From Mobula hypostoma (Eukaryota): DNA of 64,000 nt. The DNA lies in NCBI RefSeq assembly GCF_963921235.1, contig NC_086097.1, positions 253,520,001 through 253,584,000 on the forward strand, given 5' to 3'. Of this stretch, positions 23,433-36,339 are shown in pieces. The notes below the pieces were generated by a model. That model ran no database searches. It had not been told where the DNA came from and saw nothing but the letters and a program-made list of their open reading frames with translations. Made by a program: the position numbers and the translations under genes. Each line of letters opens with the position of its first letter. The first letter of the stretch is position 1.

Positions 23433-24699
23433 CCCAAGGACCCCCAAGTCACTTTGCACTTCAGCTTTTTTGTATGTTCTCTCCATTTAGAAAATAGTCA
23501 ACCCTTTCGTTTCTTCTACCAAAGTGCATGACCATACACTTTCTGACACTATTCCATCTGCCACTTCTTAGCCCATTCTCCTAATCTGTCTAAGTCCTTC
23601 TGTAGCCTTTGTACTTCCTCAAAGCCACCTGCCCCTCCACCTATCTTCATATCATTTGCAAACTTCGTAACAAAGCCATCAATTCCATCATCTAAATCCT
23701 TGACTTCTAATGTTAAATGAATTGGTCCCGACACAGTCCCCTGTGGAGCAGCACTAGTCACCAGCAGCCAGGTAGAAGAGGCTCCTGTTGTTCCCACTCT
23801 TTGATGTAATTGACAATGAAAAATCGACTTTATGTTTTAGAGGGGTCTGAGTGCAACACTATGAAGAATGTAAGACATCTTGATAGAGAGTATGGTACAC
23901 AAATACAAATGGTTTGCTGTCTGTGTGTTTTGAAGTTTGTTGGTTGGTCATCTCAGGTTCAGATTGTGCCCCCAACACAGACGATGTTCTCACAAGCGAC
24001 ACATTTCACTCTATACTTCAATGTCCATGTGATAAATAAATTTATTTATTTACTTAGAGGAGTTGGTCCTTCGAGCCATACCACTCTAGCAACCCCGCAG
24101 TCTTGATTAATCCTGATCTGATTTATAATGATCGATTAACCTAATAATCTTTGGATTGTGGGAGGAAACTGGAACACCTGGAGGAAACCTATGTTTTCAA
24201 CGGGGAGAATGTCCGGAGATTCCATGCGGAATGATGATGGAATGAACAATGGACTCTGGAATGCCCCAAGCTATAATAGGTCCCACTAACCGCTCTGCGC
24301 TGCTGCCTCATAATAATGAATTTCATGACATATGCCAGTGATATTCAACCTGATTCTGATAATTTGGTGTTAGATTTCCCCTCATCATTGGTGGTGAGCT
24401 TTTTGATCGAAGATCAGTTGATTCCATCTGAAAAGGAGATTAACTTCATTTTCTGTTAATCTTTCTGCCGTTGTTTGTAAAGAGTTTGTACATTCTTACA
24501 TTGACTGCGTGTGTTTCCTCCGGGTGCTCTGGTTTCCTCCCACAGTAGGAAATTGGTCAGTAGGTTAATTGGGTGGCATGGGTTTCTTGGGCCAGAAGGA
24601 CCTGTTGTAGTGTTGTATCGCTAAATCAAAATCCAATCTAAATATCGTTTCAAAGTAAGAGAACCGCAAATTGTGGAATGCTTCAAGCTCAAGGCCATG

Positions 24700-25200
24700 A
24701 GAGGTTCAGAAGGTTCACCAAATTGATTCCTGGGATGGCAGGACTTTCATATGAAGAAAGACTGGATCGACTAGGCTTATACTCATTGGAATTTAGAAGA
24801 TTGAGGGGGGATCTTATTGAAAAGTATAAAATCCTAAAGGGATTGGACAGGCTAGATGCAGGAAGGTTGTTCCCGATGTTGGGGAAGTCCAGAACAAGGG
24901 GTCACAGTTTGAAGATAAAGGGGAAGCCTTTTAGGACTGAGATTAGGAAAAACTTCTTCACACAGAGAGTGGTGAACCTGTGGAATTCTCTGGCACAGGA
25001 AACAGTTGAGGCCAGTTCATTGGCTATATTTAAGAGGGAGTCAGATATGCCCTTGTGGTTAAAGGGATCAGGGAGTATGGAGGGAAGGCTGGTACAGGGT
25101 TCTGAGTTGGATGATCAGCCATGATCATACTGAATGGCGGTGCAGGCTTGAAGGGCCAAATGGCCTACTCCTGCACCTATTTTCTATGTTTCTATGTCTA
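24700..25200 (+). mobile_element. CR1 3' end, same subfamily as the 10996 and 47968 copies
   Basis: ORF 24678-25124; (TTTCTATG) tail. Confidence 0.9.
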
Positions 25201-25569
25201 TGTCTACGTCTATAATGTGAAATCTTTCAGACACAATGCTTTCTGTAACATGAGACCATCATTGCTTTTCTTGCCCAAACTCAGTTGCCTCTGCTTCAGG
25301 CTGGGGCAATGGTTCCACACTACCATGTAACACTGACAGAATCCCACCCGGCAGAGTAGACACTGTTTCTTCTCCATCCTGAGTGCCAAAAAAAGGCATA
25401 AATGTAATCATTTTCAAGCATGTCTCTCCTCTGACCCCCCCCCCCACCCCTCCCCGTGTCTTAAATCTGCAGTCGCCACAGACTGAACTGTGTCTGACCT
25501 GCTGGCTCGTTCCTCTTTTATTATGTCTGACTTCACTTGGAAGTGGACCAGAGGATTATGAGATTTAAC

Positions 25570-26185
25570 GATTAGCGGAGTCTGAGGGGCGATCTGATAG
25601 AGGTTTATAAGGTTATGAGAGGCACAGACAGATAGGGAAATGCAAGTAGGCATTTTCCACTGAGCTTGGGTGGGACTCCAGCCTGAGGTCATGGGTTAAG
25701 GGTGAAAGGTGAAACATGAGGGGGGAATTCTTCACTCAGAGGGACGTGAGAGTGTGGAACGAGCTGCCAGCACAAGTGGTGCACGCGAGCTCCATTTCAA
25801 TGTTTGGATAGGTACATGGATGGTAGGGATATGGAGGGCTGTGTGGTCTGGGTGCAGGTTGATGGGAGTAGGCAGTTTAAATGGTTCAGCACAGACTAGA
25901 TGGGCTGAAGGGCCTGTTTCTATGCTGAACTTTACTATGACTCTAGTAGACAGACAGGACATTGTTCCCAGGTTGGGATGTCTGATACCAGAGGGCATGC
26001 ATTTAAGGTGAGGAGTAACTTCAGAGGAGATGTGAGGGGCACGTTTTTACACAGAGACTGGTGAGTGGTGGGTGCTGGAATGCGCTGCCTGGGGTGGGGG
26101 TCGAGGCAGATACATTAGAGACTTAAAGAGATGTTTAGATAGGCAGATGAATGTGAGGAAAGTGGAAGGATATGGACATTGTGTA
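25570..26185 (+). mobile_element. Two degraded CR1 3' fragments
   Basis: ttcactcagagg..gtgtggaacgagctgcc block and terminal stem. Confidence 0.7.
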
Positions 26186-28154
26186 GGTGGGGGGGGGGCG
26201 GGGATTAGATTAGTTGGTCATTTAATTACTAATGTAATTGCTTCTGGCACCAGCATAGGCTGCCCCAAGTTACTAACCCTGACCCGTACAGCTTTGGAAG
26301 GTGGGAGGAAGCTGGAAAGCCACACGCTCACGGGGAGAACGTACGAGCTCATGAGACACAGTGGTGGAATTTTACCTGGCTAGCTTGTGCCGTAATGCAT
26401 TGTGCAACCAATGCGATAGTTTAATTTCACTTTTCCTAGGCAGTCTCTAAGGTCAAGGATAGCTAGTTCGTCAATCCTTCTCCACAGGACAAGTATCAGC
26501 TAACCTATCGTGTAGACCGAGCTGGCGGGCTTGCCCAGGACATACCTTCTTCTCAATACTAACGTCAAGGAGGAGGAACAGGAGGCTGAAGTTCAAAGTA
26601 AATTTATTATCAGTGTCACCTTAGACAACCCTGAGATTCATTTTCTTGTGGGCATACTCAATAAATCCGTAAGTAGAAAAATAACCATAACAGAATAAAT
26701 GAAAGACCACACCAACCTGGGTGGACAACCGGTCTGTAAAATACAAAAAGGAAAGAAACGACACTCAGTGTTTCAGGAACAGCTTCTTTCCCGCCGCCAT
26801 CCTATTTCTATAGGAACAATGAACCCATGAACACCACCTCTTTTTTTATTCTCTTTTTTGTTTTGTACTACTTACTTAATTATTATACGTTTATTTATAC
26901 GTGGCTAGGTATAGCTCAAATATCATCTATAAATTTGCCGACAATACAACCATTATTGGTGGAATCTCAGATGGAGACGAGGGTGTACATCTTTATTCCA
27001 TCTCTGAGGATTGGTTTGTGTTCCCTCATCTTACCCTTCCTGAAGTCCACAATCAGCCCTTGCGTCTTACTGACGTTGAGTGCAAGGTTTTTGCTGTTGG
27101 CGTATCAACTCCACTAGTTGGCATATCAACTTTGCCACAGACAGTTGTGGAGGTCAAGTCACTGGGTATATTTAAGGCAGAGGTTGATAAGATTCCTGAT
27201 TAGTCAGTGGCAGAGCAGATTGTGGCAAAGAATTCCACAGATTCGTCACTGTCTGGCTAAAGAAATTCCGCCTTCCCTCAGTTCTAAAAGGACGCCCCTC
27301 TATTCTGAGGCTGTGTCCTCTGGTCTTGGACTGATCCATCATAGATTCTCCCACCATTTTGATTTTATGTTTGATATTCTGTGTTTTTCTCCATTTGTTT
27401 TGCTGTTTGTGTGACGTTTTCTTTTTGCACGTGGAATGGAGGAGGTAGTTGATGTTTTTCTTTGTTCGGGTTCCATGGTGTTTCATGGCTGTCTGTGGTG
27501 ACAGGGTTGTATACTACATACACGCTTTGATAATGAATGTGCTTTGAACCTTTGGTTTGACACAGCATTGTGGGCCAAAGAGGGTCTGTTCCTGTGCTAT
27601 ACTGCTCTTTGCTCTGTTATCAGAAGATACCTACAAGGGACCTACTAGAAACTACACATTCTTGCAAACAACCTCAAAAAATTTATACTGTTTTTTTGTT
27701 ATCTCGCACTCCTAAGTATTTTGTGATCTCTCTGGGTGGCTTTTCAGATTCTTTCACAGTGACTCCCAAACTCCTGCCTTTTGAAGGCCTGCATTATAAA
27801 AATACTTCTAGTCTGGGAACTTTCAACACTGCTTGTGATAACATATGATATTTGTTTTAGAGTAATTACTTGGAACACTTCCAGACGCTTTGGCTGCATG
27901 GAAAAATTGTACATTGTGGAAAGTTTTTCCATTGCTGCGACTGAATGAAATAGGAGCCACGGTGGGGGAGAGGGAGGGACGTCGAAATTTTAACAGTGGA
28001 TCATGATCAGTTGAGACGTGTATACATTGATAGCTGGCTGGTGAAATGTACAAAATTGGTTTGAAACATTGACTAGGTATTTTTAAGTTGGATGCAAATG
28101 CAAAAAAAAAGATTTTCTTAACTTGAGCTGTATGTTTCCCGGACTTTTTAATTG

Positions 28155-28590
28155 AGTCACAGAGTCAAAGAGCACAACAACAAAGAAAAAGGCCCGTTGG
28201 CCCATCTAGTCCATGTCAAACTGTTAATTTACCTACTCCCATCGATCTGCCGCTGGACCACAGCCCTCCATACCCCTACCATCCATATACCTGTCCAAAC
28301 TTCTCTTAAACATTGAAATCGAACCTGCATGCAGCACTTCCACTGGCAGCTCATTCCACACTCTCACCACCCTCTGAGTGACGAAGTTCCTCCTCATGTT
28401 CTCCTTCAACACTTCACCTGTCACCCTTAACCCATGACCTCTGGTTGTAGTTGGTGGGAAAAGCCTGTTTGCATCTACCCTATCAAAACCGCTCAGAATT
28501 TTGTATACCCTGATTAAATCTCCCCTCATTCTCCTACACTCCAGGGAATAAATTCGTAACCTATTCAACCTCTCCCTATAACTCAGGTCT
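28155..28590 (-). mobile_element. CR1 3' fragment
   Basis: ORF 28233-28568 (RMRGDLI, TRGH, TQRVVRVWNELP). Confidence 0.85.
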
Positions 28591-28707
28591 TCAATGAATA
28601 TTCTCCTTGTCTTCAGAACGAAGACAAAAGCCCAGAACTGCAGTATGTATATATCTTGTTAGTTTCTTTTGCGGGAGTTACAGATGTAATCATTTGGGTA
28701 GTGTAGA

Positions 28708-28786
28708 TTGGTGTTCCCAACCTGGGGTTCACAGACCCCCGGGTTATTGGTAAGGCTCCAGAGCATAACAAAGGTCGGGACCCCTG
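28708..28786. mobile_element. ~80-bp hAT-like MITE (related copy at ~58802-58883)
   Basis: Ends resemble the caggggtcccaacc TIR; the two copies share a ggttaatggtaggggtc-like core; TSD not clear. Confidence 0.5.
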
Positions 28787-28789
28787 GCG

Positions 28790-29135
28790 TGAAGTTATTA
28801 CAGCTCAGAGTTCAATTCCAGTGTTGTCTGTATGTCCTGCCCTACTGCGTGTGGGTTTCCTCCGGGTGCTCTGGTTTCCTCCCACAGTCCAAAGACGTAC
28901 CAGTTAGTAGGGTAATTTGTCATTGTATATTGTCCCATGATTAGGCTAGGGTTAAATTTGTCATTGTATATTGTCCCATGATTAGGCTAGGGTTAAATTT
29001 GTCATTGTATATTGTCCCATGATTAGGCTAGGGTTAAATTTGTCATTGTATATTGTCACATGATTAAGCTAGGGTTAAATTGGCGGTCCGTAGGAGCAGA
29101 CGACCTGTTCCGCGCTGTATAAAAATAAAAATAAA
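28790..29135 (+). mobile_element. V-SINE with internal 41-bp x4 amplification
   Basis: Clear V-domain; A-rich tail. Confidence 0.8.
28914..29081. repeat. 41-bp tandem repeat x4
   Basis: Unit aaatttgtcattgtatattgtcccatgattaggctagggtt. Confidence 0.95.
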
Positions 29136-29734
29136 ATGAATTTTGATGGCAGGTGAGTACATTGAGTTAACAAGATGGATACTTTCAATTTTACTCCATG
29201 GCCTTCATTTCTGCCGCTTGTCATCTCTTGATTCTGATTTTTATTTAATGTGGCTGAGCTAAATGTTTCTCAGAAATCTTTCAGATGTACTGACATAGTA
29301 TCTGAAAACTCTGAGTACATTTGTGATTTATCAGCCTTTCAAGCGAGCACAGAAATAAAGAATCTCTCTCAAACTTATCTTTCTGCATGAATGCCAAATA
29401 GTTACCATGTAAAGTGGCAGTTTTATTTTTCTTCAGCCTTTTGTTCATATATTGTGATACAACGCCATCAATATTAATGTCTAGCTTTAGGTGACCTGTT
29501 CTGTTTGATGTTGTTTACGCAGCACAGAACACCCAACAAGCCACACCACCAGCACCCCCCAATTTAACCCTAGCCTAATCACAGGACAGTTTACAATGAC
29601 CTACTAATCTACGTCTTTGGAATGTAGTGGAGAAAACCCACACATGGGGTACAGACTCCTTATAGAGGATGCTGGAATTGAACACTGAACTTCGACACCC
29701 CGATGCCTCCGGTGCGATGATGAACTCCTGAAAT

Positions 29735-30786
29735 CTCGACCAGAAGCTCAGAGATCTCGGCCTTCACCCTGCCTTGTGCAGCTGGATCCTAGACTTCCTG
29801 TCAAATCGCCGGCAGGTGGTAAGAGTGGGCTCCCTCACCTCAGCCCCTCTGAGCCTCACCACAGGAGCCCTTCAGGGCTGAGTACTGAGTCCCCTCCTTT
29901 ACTCTCTGTATACCCATGACTGTGTCACCACCCACAGCTCCAAACTGCTAATTAAATTTGCTGACAACACTACGTTGATTGGCCTCATCTCAAACAATAA
30001 CGAGGTGACCTACAGGGAAGAAGTCGTCTCTCTGACACAGTGGTGTCAAGAAACCAACCTCTCCCTCAATGTTACAAAAGCAAAGGAGCTGGTTGTGGAT
30101 TACAGGGGGAATGGAGATGGGCTAACCCCTATTGACATCAATGGATCTGGAGTTGAGATGGTGAACAGCTTTAATTTACTTAGCATCCACATCACTGAGG
30201 ATCTCGTGGTCTGTACATACTGGCTGTGTGGTGAAAAAAGCACAATAGCATCTCTCTCACCTCAGATGGTTGAAGAAGTTTGGTATGAGTCCCCAAATCC
30301 CAATAACTTTCAACAGGGGCACAATTGAGAGCATCCTGACTGGCTGCATCACTGCCTGATATGGGAACTGTACCTCCCTAAATCGCAGGACTCTGCAGAG
30401 AGTGATGCGGACAGCCCAGCACATCTGTAGAAATGAACTTCCCACGATTCAGGACATTTACAAAGACAGGTGTGTAAAAAGGGCCTGAAGGATCATTGGG
30501 GACCCAAGTCACCCCAACCACAAACTGTTCCAGCTGCTACCATCTGGGAAACGGTATCACAGCATAAAAGCCAGGATCAACAGGCTCTGGGACAGCTTCT
30601 TCCACCAGGCCATCAGACTGATTAATTCATTCTGATACAACTGTATTTCTATGTTATATTGAGTCTCCTGTTGTACATATTGTTTATTACAAATGACTAT
30701 ACATTGCACATGTAGGCAGAGACATAATGTAAAGATTTTTACTCATGTATGTGAAGGATGTAAGAAATAAAGTCAATTCAATTCAA
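29735..30786 (+). mobile_element. Rex1/Babar-type LINE, 5'-truncated, frameshifted
   Basis: LCSWILDFL, SPLLYSLYTHDC, KFADNTT, LSLNVTKAKELVVDYR; (CAATT)n tail. Confidence 0.88.
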
Positions 30787-31373
30787 TACTTTTCACTTAT
30801 GCTAACAGAATAAATGTATGAGATTTAAGTGAAGCCTTGCGTCAAATTGAACGTTAATAGCGAAGTTGAATGCTTTGTGCATATATTACAGACGTACTTT
30901 CACTCTCAGCAGAGATTTGTTCACTTTAATGTGCAATTTTGAAGGCGTCTCCTTTGCGTCAGATCCCTGAGTGTAGGAGAATGAGGGAGATTTGATAGAT
31001 GTGTATAAAATTATCAGAATCAGATTTAACATCACCAGTATATGTTAAATTTATGGCAACAGTACAATAAAATACATGATAAATATAGAGGAAAAATACT
31101 GAGTTACATTAAGTATATGTATGTCTATTAGATAGTTAAAATAAGTAATGCAAAATAACAGAAATAAAAAAGGCATTGTGAAGTGTTCATGGGTTCAATG
31201 TCCATTTAGAAAGTTATGAGGAGTATAGCTGGGGTAAATGCAAGCAGGCTTTTTCCACCGAGGTTGGGTGAGAGTAGAACTATGGGTCATGGGTTAAGGG
31301 TGAAAGGTGATAAGTTGAAGGGGAACATGAGGGGGGGGAATTCTTCACTTTGAGGGTCGTGAGAGTGTGGAAT

Positions 31374-32368
31374 ACTTTATACTTTATACTTTATTGTCGC
31401 CAAACAATTGATACTAGAATGTACAATCATCTCAGCGATATTTGATTCTGCGCTTCCCGCTCCCTGGATTACAAATATTAAATATTAAAAATAGTAAAAT
31501 GAGTAAATATTAAAAAGTTAAATTATAAATGATAAATAGAAAATAGAAAAATGGAAAGTAAGGTAGTGCAAAAATCCAGGAGGCAGGTCCGGATATTTGG
31601 AGGGTACGGCCCAGATCCGGGTCAGGATCCGTTCAGCAGTTTTATCACAGTTGGAAAGAAGCTGTTCCCAAATCTGGCGTACGAGTCTTCAAGCTCCTGA
31701 GCCTTCTCCCGGAGGGAAGAGGGATGAAATGTGTGTTGGCTGGGTGGGTTGTGTCCTTGATTATTCTGGCAGCACTGCTCCCTGACAGTGTGCGGTGTAA
31801 AGTGAGTCCATGGACGGAAGATTGGTTTGTGTGATGTGCTGCACTGTGTTCACGATCTTCTGCAGCTTCTTTCGGTCTTGGACAGGACAACCTCCATACC
31901 AGGTTGTGATGCGCCCTAGAAGAATGCTTTCTACGGTGCATCTATAAAAATTAGTGAAGGTTTTAGGGGACAGGCCAAATTTCTTTAGTTTTCTCAGGAA
32001 GTAAAGGTGCTGGTGGGCCTTCTTGGCAGTGGACTCTGCTTGGTTGGACTAAGTCAGGTCATTTGTGATATTGACCCCGAGGAACTTAAAGCTTTCGACC
32101 TGTTCCACTTGCGCACCACCGATGTAAATTGGGTCGTGCGGTCCGCTACTCCTTCTGAAGTCAACAACCAATTCCTTCGTCTTGCTGACGTTGAGGGATA
32201 GGTTATTGTCTTCGCACCATGCCACCAGGTTCTTAATTTCCTCTCTGTACTCAAACTCATCATTACCCAAGATACGGCCTACAATTGTTGTGTCATCAGC
32301 AAACTTATATATTGAGTTTGATGGAAACTTGGCTACACAATCATGGGTGTACAGTGAGTACAGCAGTG
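31374..32368 (-). mobile_element. Rex1/Babar-type LINE nested in a CR1 3' fragment
   Basis: LLYSLYTHDC...YKFADDTT...FKFLG in ORF 32049-32573; (ATAAAGT)n tail; host gtggaat|gagctacc is split by it. Confidence 0.9.
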
Positions 32369-32520
32369 AGCTACCAGTTGAAGTTCTAGCTGCAGATTCA
32401 ATTATAACATTGAAAAGCAGTTTGGGTATGATTTGCTGCTTCACTGTGAAGTCTCTTCGAGCAATGTCTACGCTGAAGAAGTTTAAATCATCTCTTTGAT
32501 GAGGCTTCACTGCTTGTAAA

Positions 32521-33036
32521 TGGAAATATCTAATTGGGCAATCATATGGCAGCAACTCAGTGCATAAAAGCATGCAGGCATGGTCAAGAGGTTCAGTTGC
32601 TGTTCAGACCAAATATCAAAATGGGGAAGAAATGTGATCTAAGTGACTTTGACTATGGAATGGTTGTTGGTGCCAGACTGGGTGGTTTCAATATCTTAGA
32701 AACTGCTGATCTCCTGGGATTTTTACACACAACAGTCTCTGGAGTTACAGAGAATGGTGCAAGAATAAAAAAAAAATCCAGTGGGTTGCATTTCTGGGGG
32801 TAAAAATGCCTTGTTGATGAGAGAGGTCAGAGGAGAATGGCCAGACTGGTTCAAGCTGACAGGAAGGCGACAGTAACTCAGATAACCGTGTGTTGCAACA
32901 GTGGTGTGCAGAAGAGCATCTCTGAATGCACAGCACGTCGAACCTCGATGGGCCACGGCAGCAGAAGACACTGGACGTGCATTCAGTGGCCATGTTGTTA
33001 GGTACAGGAGGTAACGAAGGAAGCGGCCACAGAGTG
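32521..33036 (+). mobile_element. Tc1 deletion derivative, copy 2
   Basis: ORF 32534-32803 MGKKCDLSDF...ETADLLGF; ends with inverted TIR pair 32980-33036. Confidence 0.85.
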
Positions 33037-33999
33037 TGCTTCCAGAGATTTAGAAATAGCAAGCAAATGGCAGACTTTTAACAGTTGAAGTTCAAAATAA
33101 AGATATTACCAAAGCACATATATGTCACCATGTACAACCCTGCAACTCATTTTCTTGCAGGCATACTCAGTAAATCTGAAGAATAATAACCATAACAGAA
33201 CCAATGAAAGATCACACCAGCTTGGGCATTCAACAAGAGTGCAGAAGACAGCAAACTGCAAATACTAAAAGAAAAATATAATAATAAATAAATAAGCAAT
33301 AAATATTGAGTACATGAGATGAAGAGTCCCTGAAATTGGTTGAGGGAACAGTGAAGTTCAGTGAAGTTGTCCCCTCTGGTTCAAGAGCCTGATGGTTGAG
33401 GGGTAATAACTGTTCCTGAACCTGGTGGAGTGATTTCTGAGGCCCCTGTACCTTCTTCCCGATGGCAGCAGTGAGAGGAGAGCATGTCCTGGGTGGTGGG
33501 GTCCTTGATGATGGATGTTGCTTTCCTGCAACAGCGTTTTGTCTAGATGTGCTCAATGGTGGTGAGGGCTTCACCCTTGATGGACTGGGCCGTATCCACT
33601 ACTTTCTGTGGACTTTCCGTTCAAGGGCATCGATGTTTCCATACTAGGCTGTGATGCAGCCAGTCAATACACTCTCCACCACACATCTATAGAGGTTTGT
33701 CGAAGTGCCAGTGTAACTGGTGTTCCAATCAGCTCAGGGAACAATGGGTAAACTGGTTTATTATTGTCACGTACCAAGGTACAGGAAATCCCTTATTGAT
33801 TGTTGTTCATCTTTGTGTGTTGCTGTAGTGATTATCTTTTGTTGTAGGGAAATGGTTGCGCAGTATTTCAGTATATGGGGATTAACTGCCTGCTTGAGTA
33901 ATCATTAGTAACATCGTAAATGCTTACTTAACACCAAATTCATTAAGTTTTGTTTTAGTTGGTGAGCCTCAGGACTTGCACCATCAGGTTCAAGAACAG

Positions 34000-34759
34000 C
34001 AGAATTATCTGCAGCTTAATGTGAGAAAGACTAAGGAGCTGGTGGTAGACCTGAGGAGAGCTAAGGTACTGGTGACCCCTGTTTCCATCCAGGGGGTCAG
34101 TGTGGACATGGTGGAGGATTACAAATACCTGGGGATACGAATTGACAATAAACTGGACTGGTCAAAGAACACTGAGGCTGTCTACAAGAAGGGTCAGAGC
34201 CATCTCTATTTCCTGAGGAGACTGAGATCCTTTAACATCTGCCGGACGATGCTGAGGATGTTCTACGAGTCTGTGGTGGCCAGTGCTATCACATTTGCTG
34301 TTGTGTGCTGGGGCAGCAGGCTTAGGGTAGCAGACACCAACAGAATCAACAAACTCATTCGTAAGGCCAGTGATGTTGTGGGGATGGAATTGGCCTCTCT
34401 GACGGTGGTGTCTGAAAAGAGGATGCTGTCCAAGTTGCATGCTATCTTGGTCAATGTCTCCCATCCACTACATAATGTACTGGGTGGGCACAGGAGTACA
34501 TTCAGCCAGAGACTCATTCCACTGAGATACAACACAGACCGTCATAGGAAGTCATTCCTGCCTGTGGCCATCAAACTTTACAACTCCTCCCTTGGAGGGT
34601 CAGACGCCCTGAGCCAATAGGCTGGTCCTGGACTTATTTCCTGGCATAATTTACATATTACTACTTAACTATTTATGGTTTTATTACTACTTAATTATTT
34701 ATGGTGCAACTGTAACGAAAACCAATTTCCCCTGGGATCAATAAAGTATGACTATGACT
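34000..34759 (+). mobile_element. Young Rex1/Babar-type LINE 3' part (uninterrupted frame to 34620)
   Basis: LQLNVRKTKELVVDLRR, YKYLG, LYFLRRLRSF; (ATGACT)n tail; splits an older element at aagaacag|ttactacc. Confidence 0.9.
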
Positions 34760-35486
34760 AGTTACTACCCCACAACCATCAGGCTCTTGAACAAAAGGGG
34801 ATAGCTACACTCACTTGCCCGTCCATTGAGATGTAATGATCTCAGTCTCAAGGATTCCTTATCTCATAATCTCATGTTCTCGTTATTTATTGCTATTAGT
34901 TTATATTTGCATTTGCACAGTTTGTTGTCTTCTGCAGTCTGATAGATTTGCTGAGTATGCCTGCTAGAAAATGAATCTCTGGGTTGTATATGGTGACATA
35001 TATGTACTTTGATAATAAATTTACTTAGAGCTTTGCGCTTGTAGATCCAGTTCCTGTAGTGTGAACATTGAAACCTATCGAATATTGAAAGGCCTTGATA
35101 GAGTGGATGAGAAGGTGTTTCTCACAGGGAGGAAATCTAAGACCAGAGGACACAGAATAGAGTGGTGTCATTTTAGAATGGAGATGAGGAGGAATTGCAG
35201 GAGGATGGGTTTGGAGAAGGATAATAACTCAGCCATGATGGAATGGTGGAGCACTCTCGATAGGCCAAATGGCCTAATTCTGCTGCTATTTCTCATGGTC
35301 TCAGTTTTGAAATCTCTCTTGGCCCATTTAGGATCAGGAATTGATCCTGTTTTTTCTCTCCAGGCACGATTGTTGTGGATTTAGCATAAAAATCCTACTT
35401 CCTGCCATTCACAGGCTGACAAATGCCCTTTAATTGACTGACAGTACTGAACGTTGCTGTCTAAATACAGTGGCGACACACTGGCC

Positions 35487-36242
35487 CAGCGGTCCCCAAC
35501 CACCGGTCTGCAAAGCACCTGCTACCAGCCCGTGAGGTAATGATATGAGTCAGCTGCACATTTCCTCATTCCCTGTCACGCACTGTTAAACTTGAACAAA
35601 GGGTTGCCAACTGTCTCATATATGCTGGGACATCCTGTATATTGGTTTGTCCTGTATTTCCCCCACTAAGGCAGAGCATTCCTATGAAACCTTTCGTGCC
35701 GAAATGGCGTAAAGTGAAGAAGCAATTACCACTAATGTATATGGGAAAAATTTTTGAGCATTCCCAGACCCAAAAAAGAAGCTAACAGATCCTACCAAAT
35801 AACACATAAAACCAAAAATAAGTAACACTAACATATAGTAAAAGCAGGAATGATATGATAAAAACACAGCCTATATAAAGTAGAAATAATGTATGTACAG
35901 TGTAGTCGGGAAGATGAAGGCAAAACTGATTAGTGGGAAAAAATTCAGCACGTCACGCATGCGCACATCGCACGTGCACGTCACGCATGCGCACACAGGT
36001 GCCCGCACAAGGCTTCATGGTCATGGTAGTCTTTCCTGGGGTAAAGCGTCCCAGGATTTGACTGCTACTTTTGTCCCTTATTTGGGAGTGAGGAAGTTGG
36101 CAACCCTAACTGTAAAAGACATGTTGAGGTGAGTTTAACCCTACATGAACATCACCCCTTCCCCCCACCCCGGTCGGCCGGTCCGCAAGAATATTGTCAA
36201 TATTAAACCGGTCCGCGGTGCAAAAAAGGTTGGGGACCCCTG
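35487..36242. mobile_element. hAT non-autonomous element sharing ends with copies 1 and 2, opposite orientation, different interior
   Basis: TIRs cagcggtccccaacc / ggttggggacccctg; flanks cactggcc / cgctagcc (6/8). Confidence 0.85.
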
Positions 36243-36339
36243 CGCTAGCCTGCTGGTTAATGCAGTGATATCACAGACCCAGTGATCCGGGTTCAGTTCC
36301 TGTTGTTTAACACAGTGATATCACAGACCCAGTGATAGT

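Larger units (their letters stand above)
22620..23800 (-). mobile_element. Degraded CR1 (RT to 3' end)
   Basis: ORF 23549-23797 RT motifs (PQG, KFAND); 3' tail near 22620. Confidence 0.85.
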
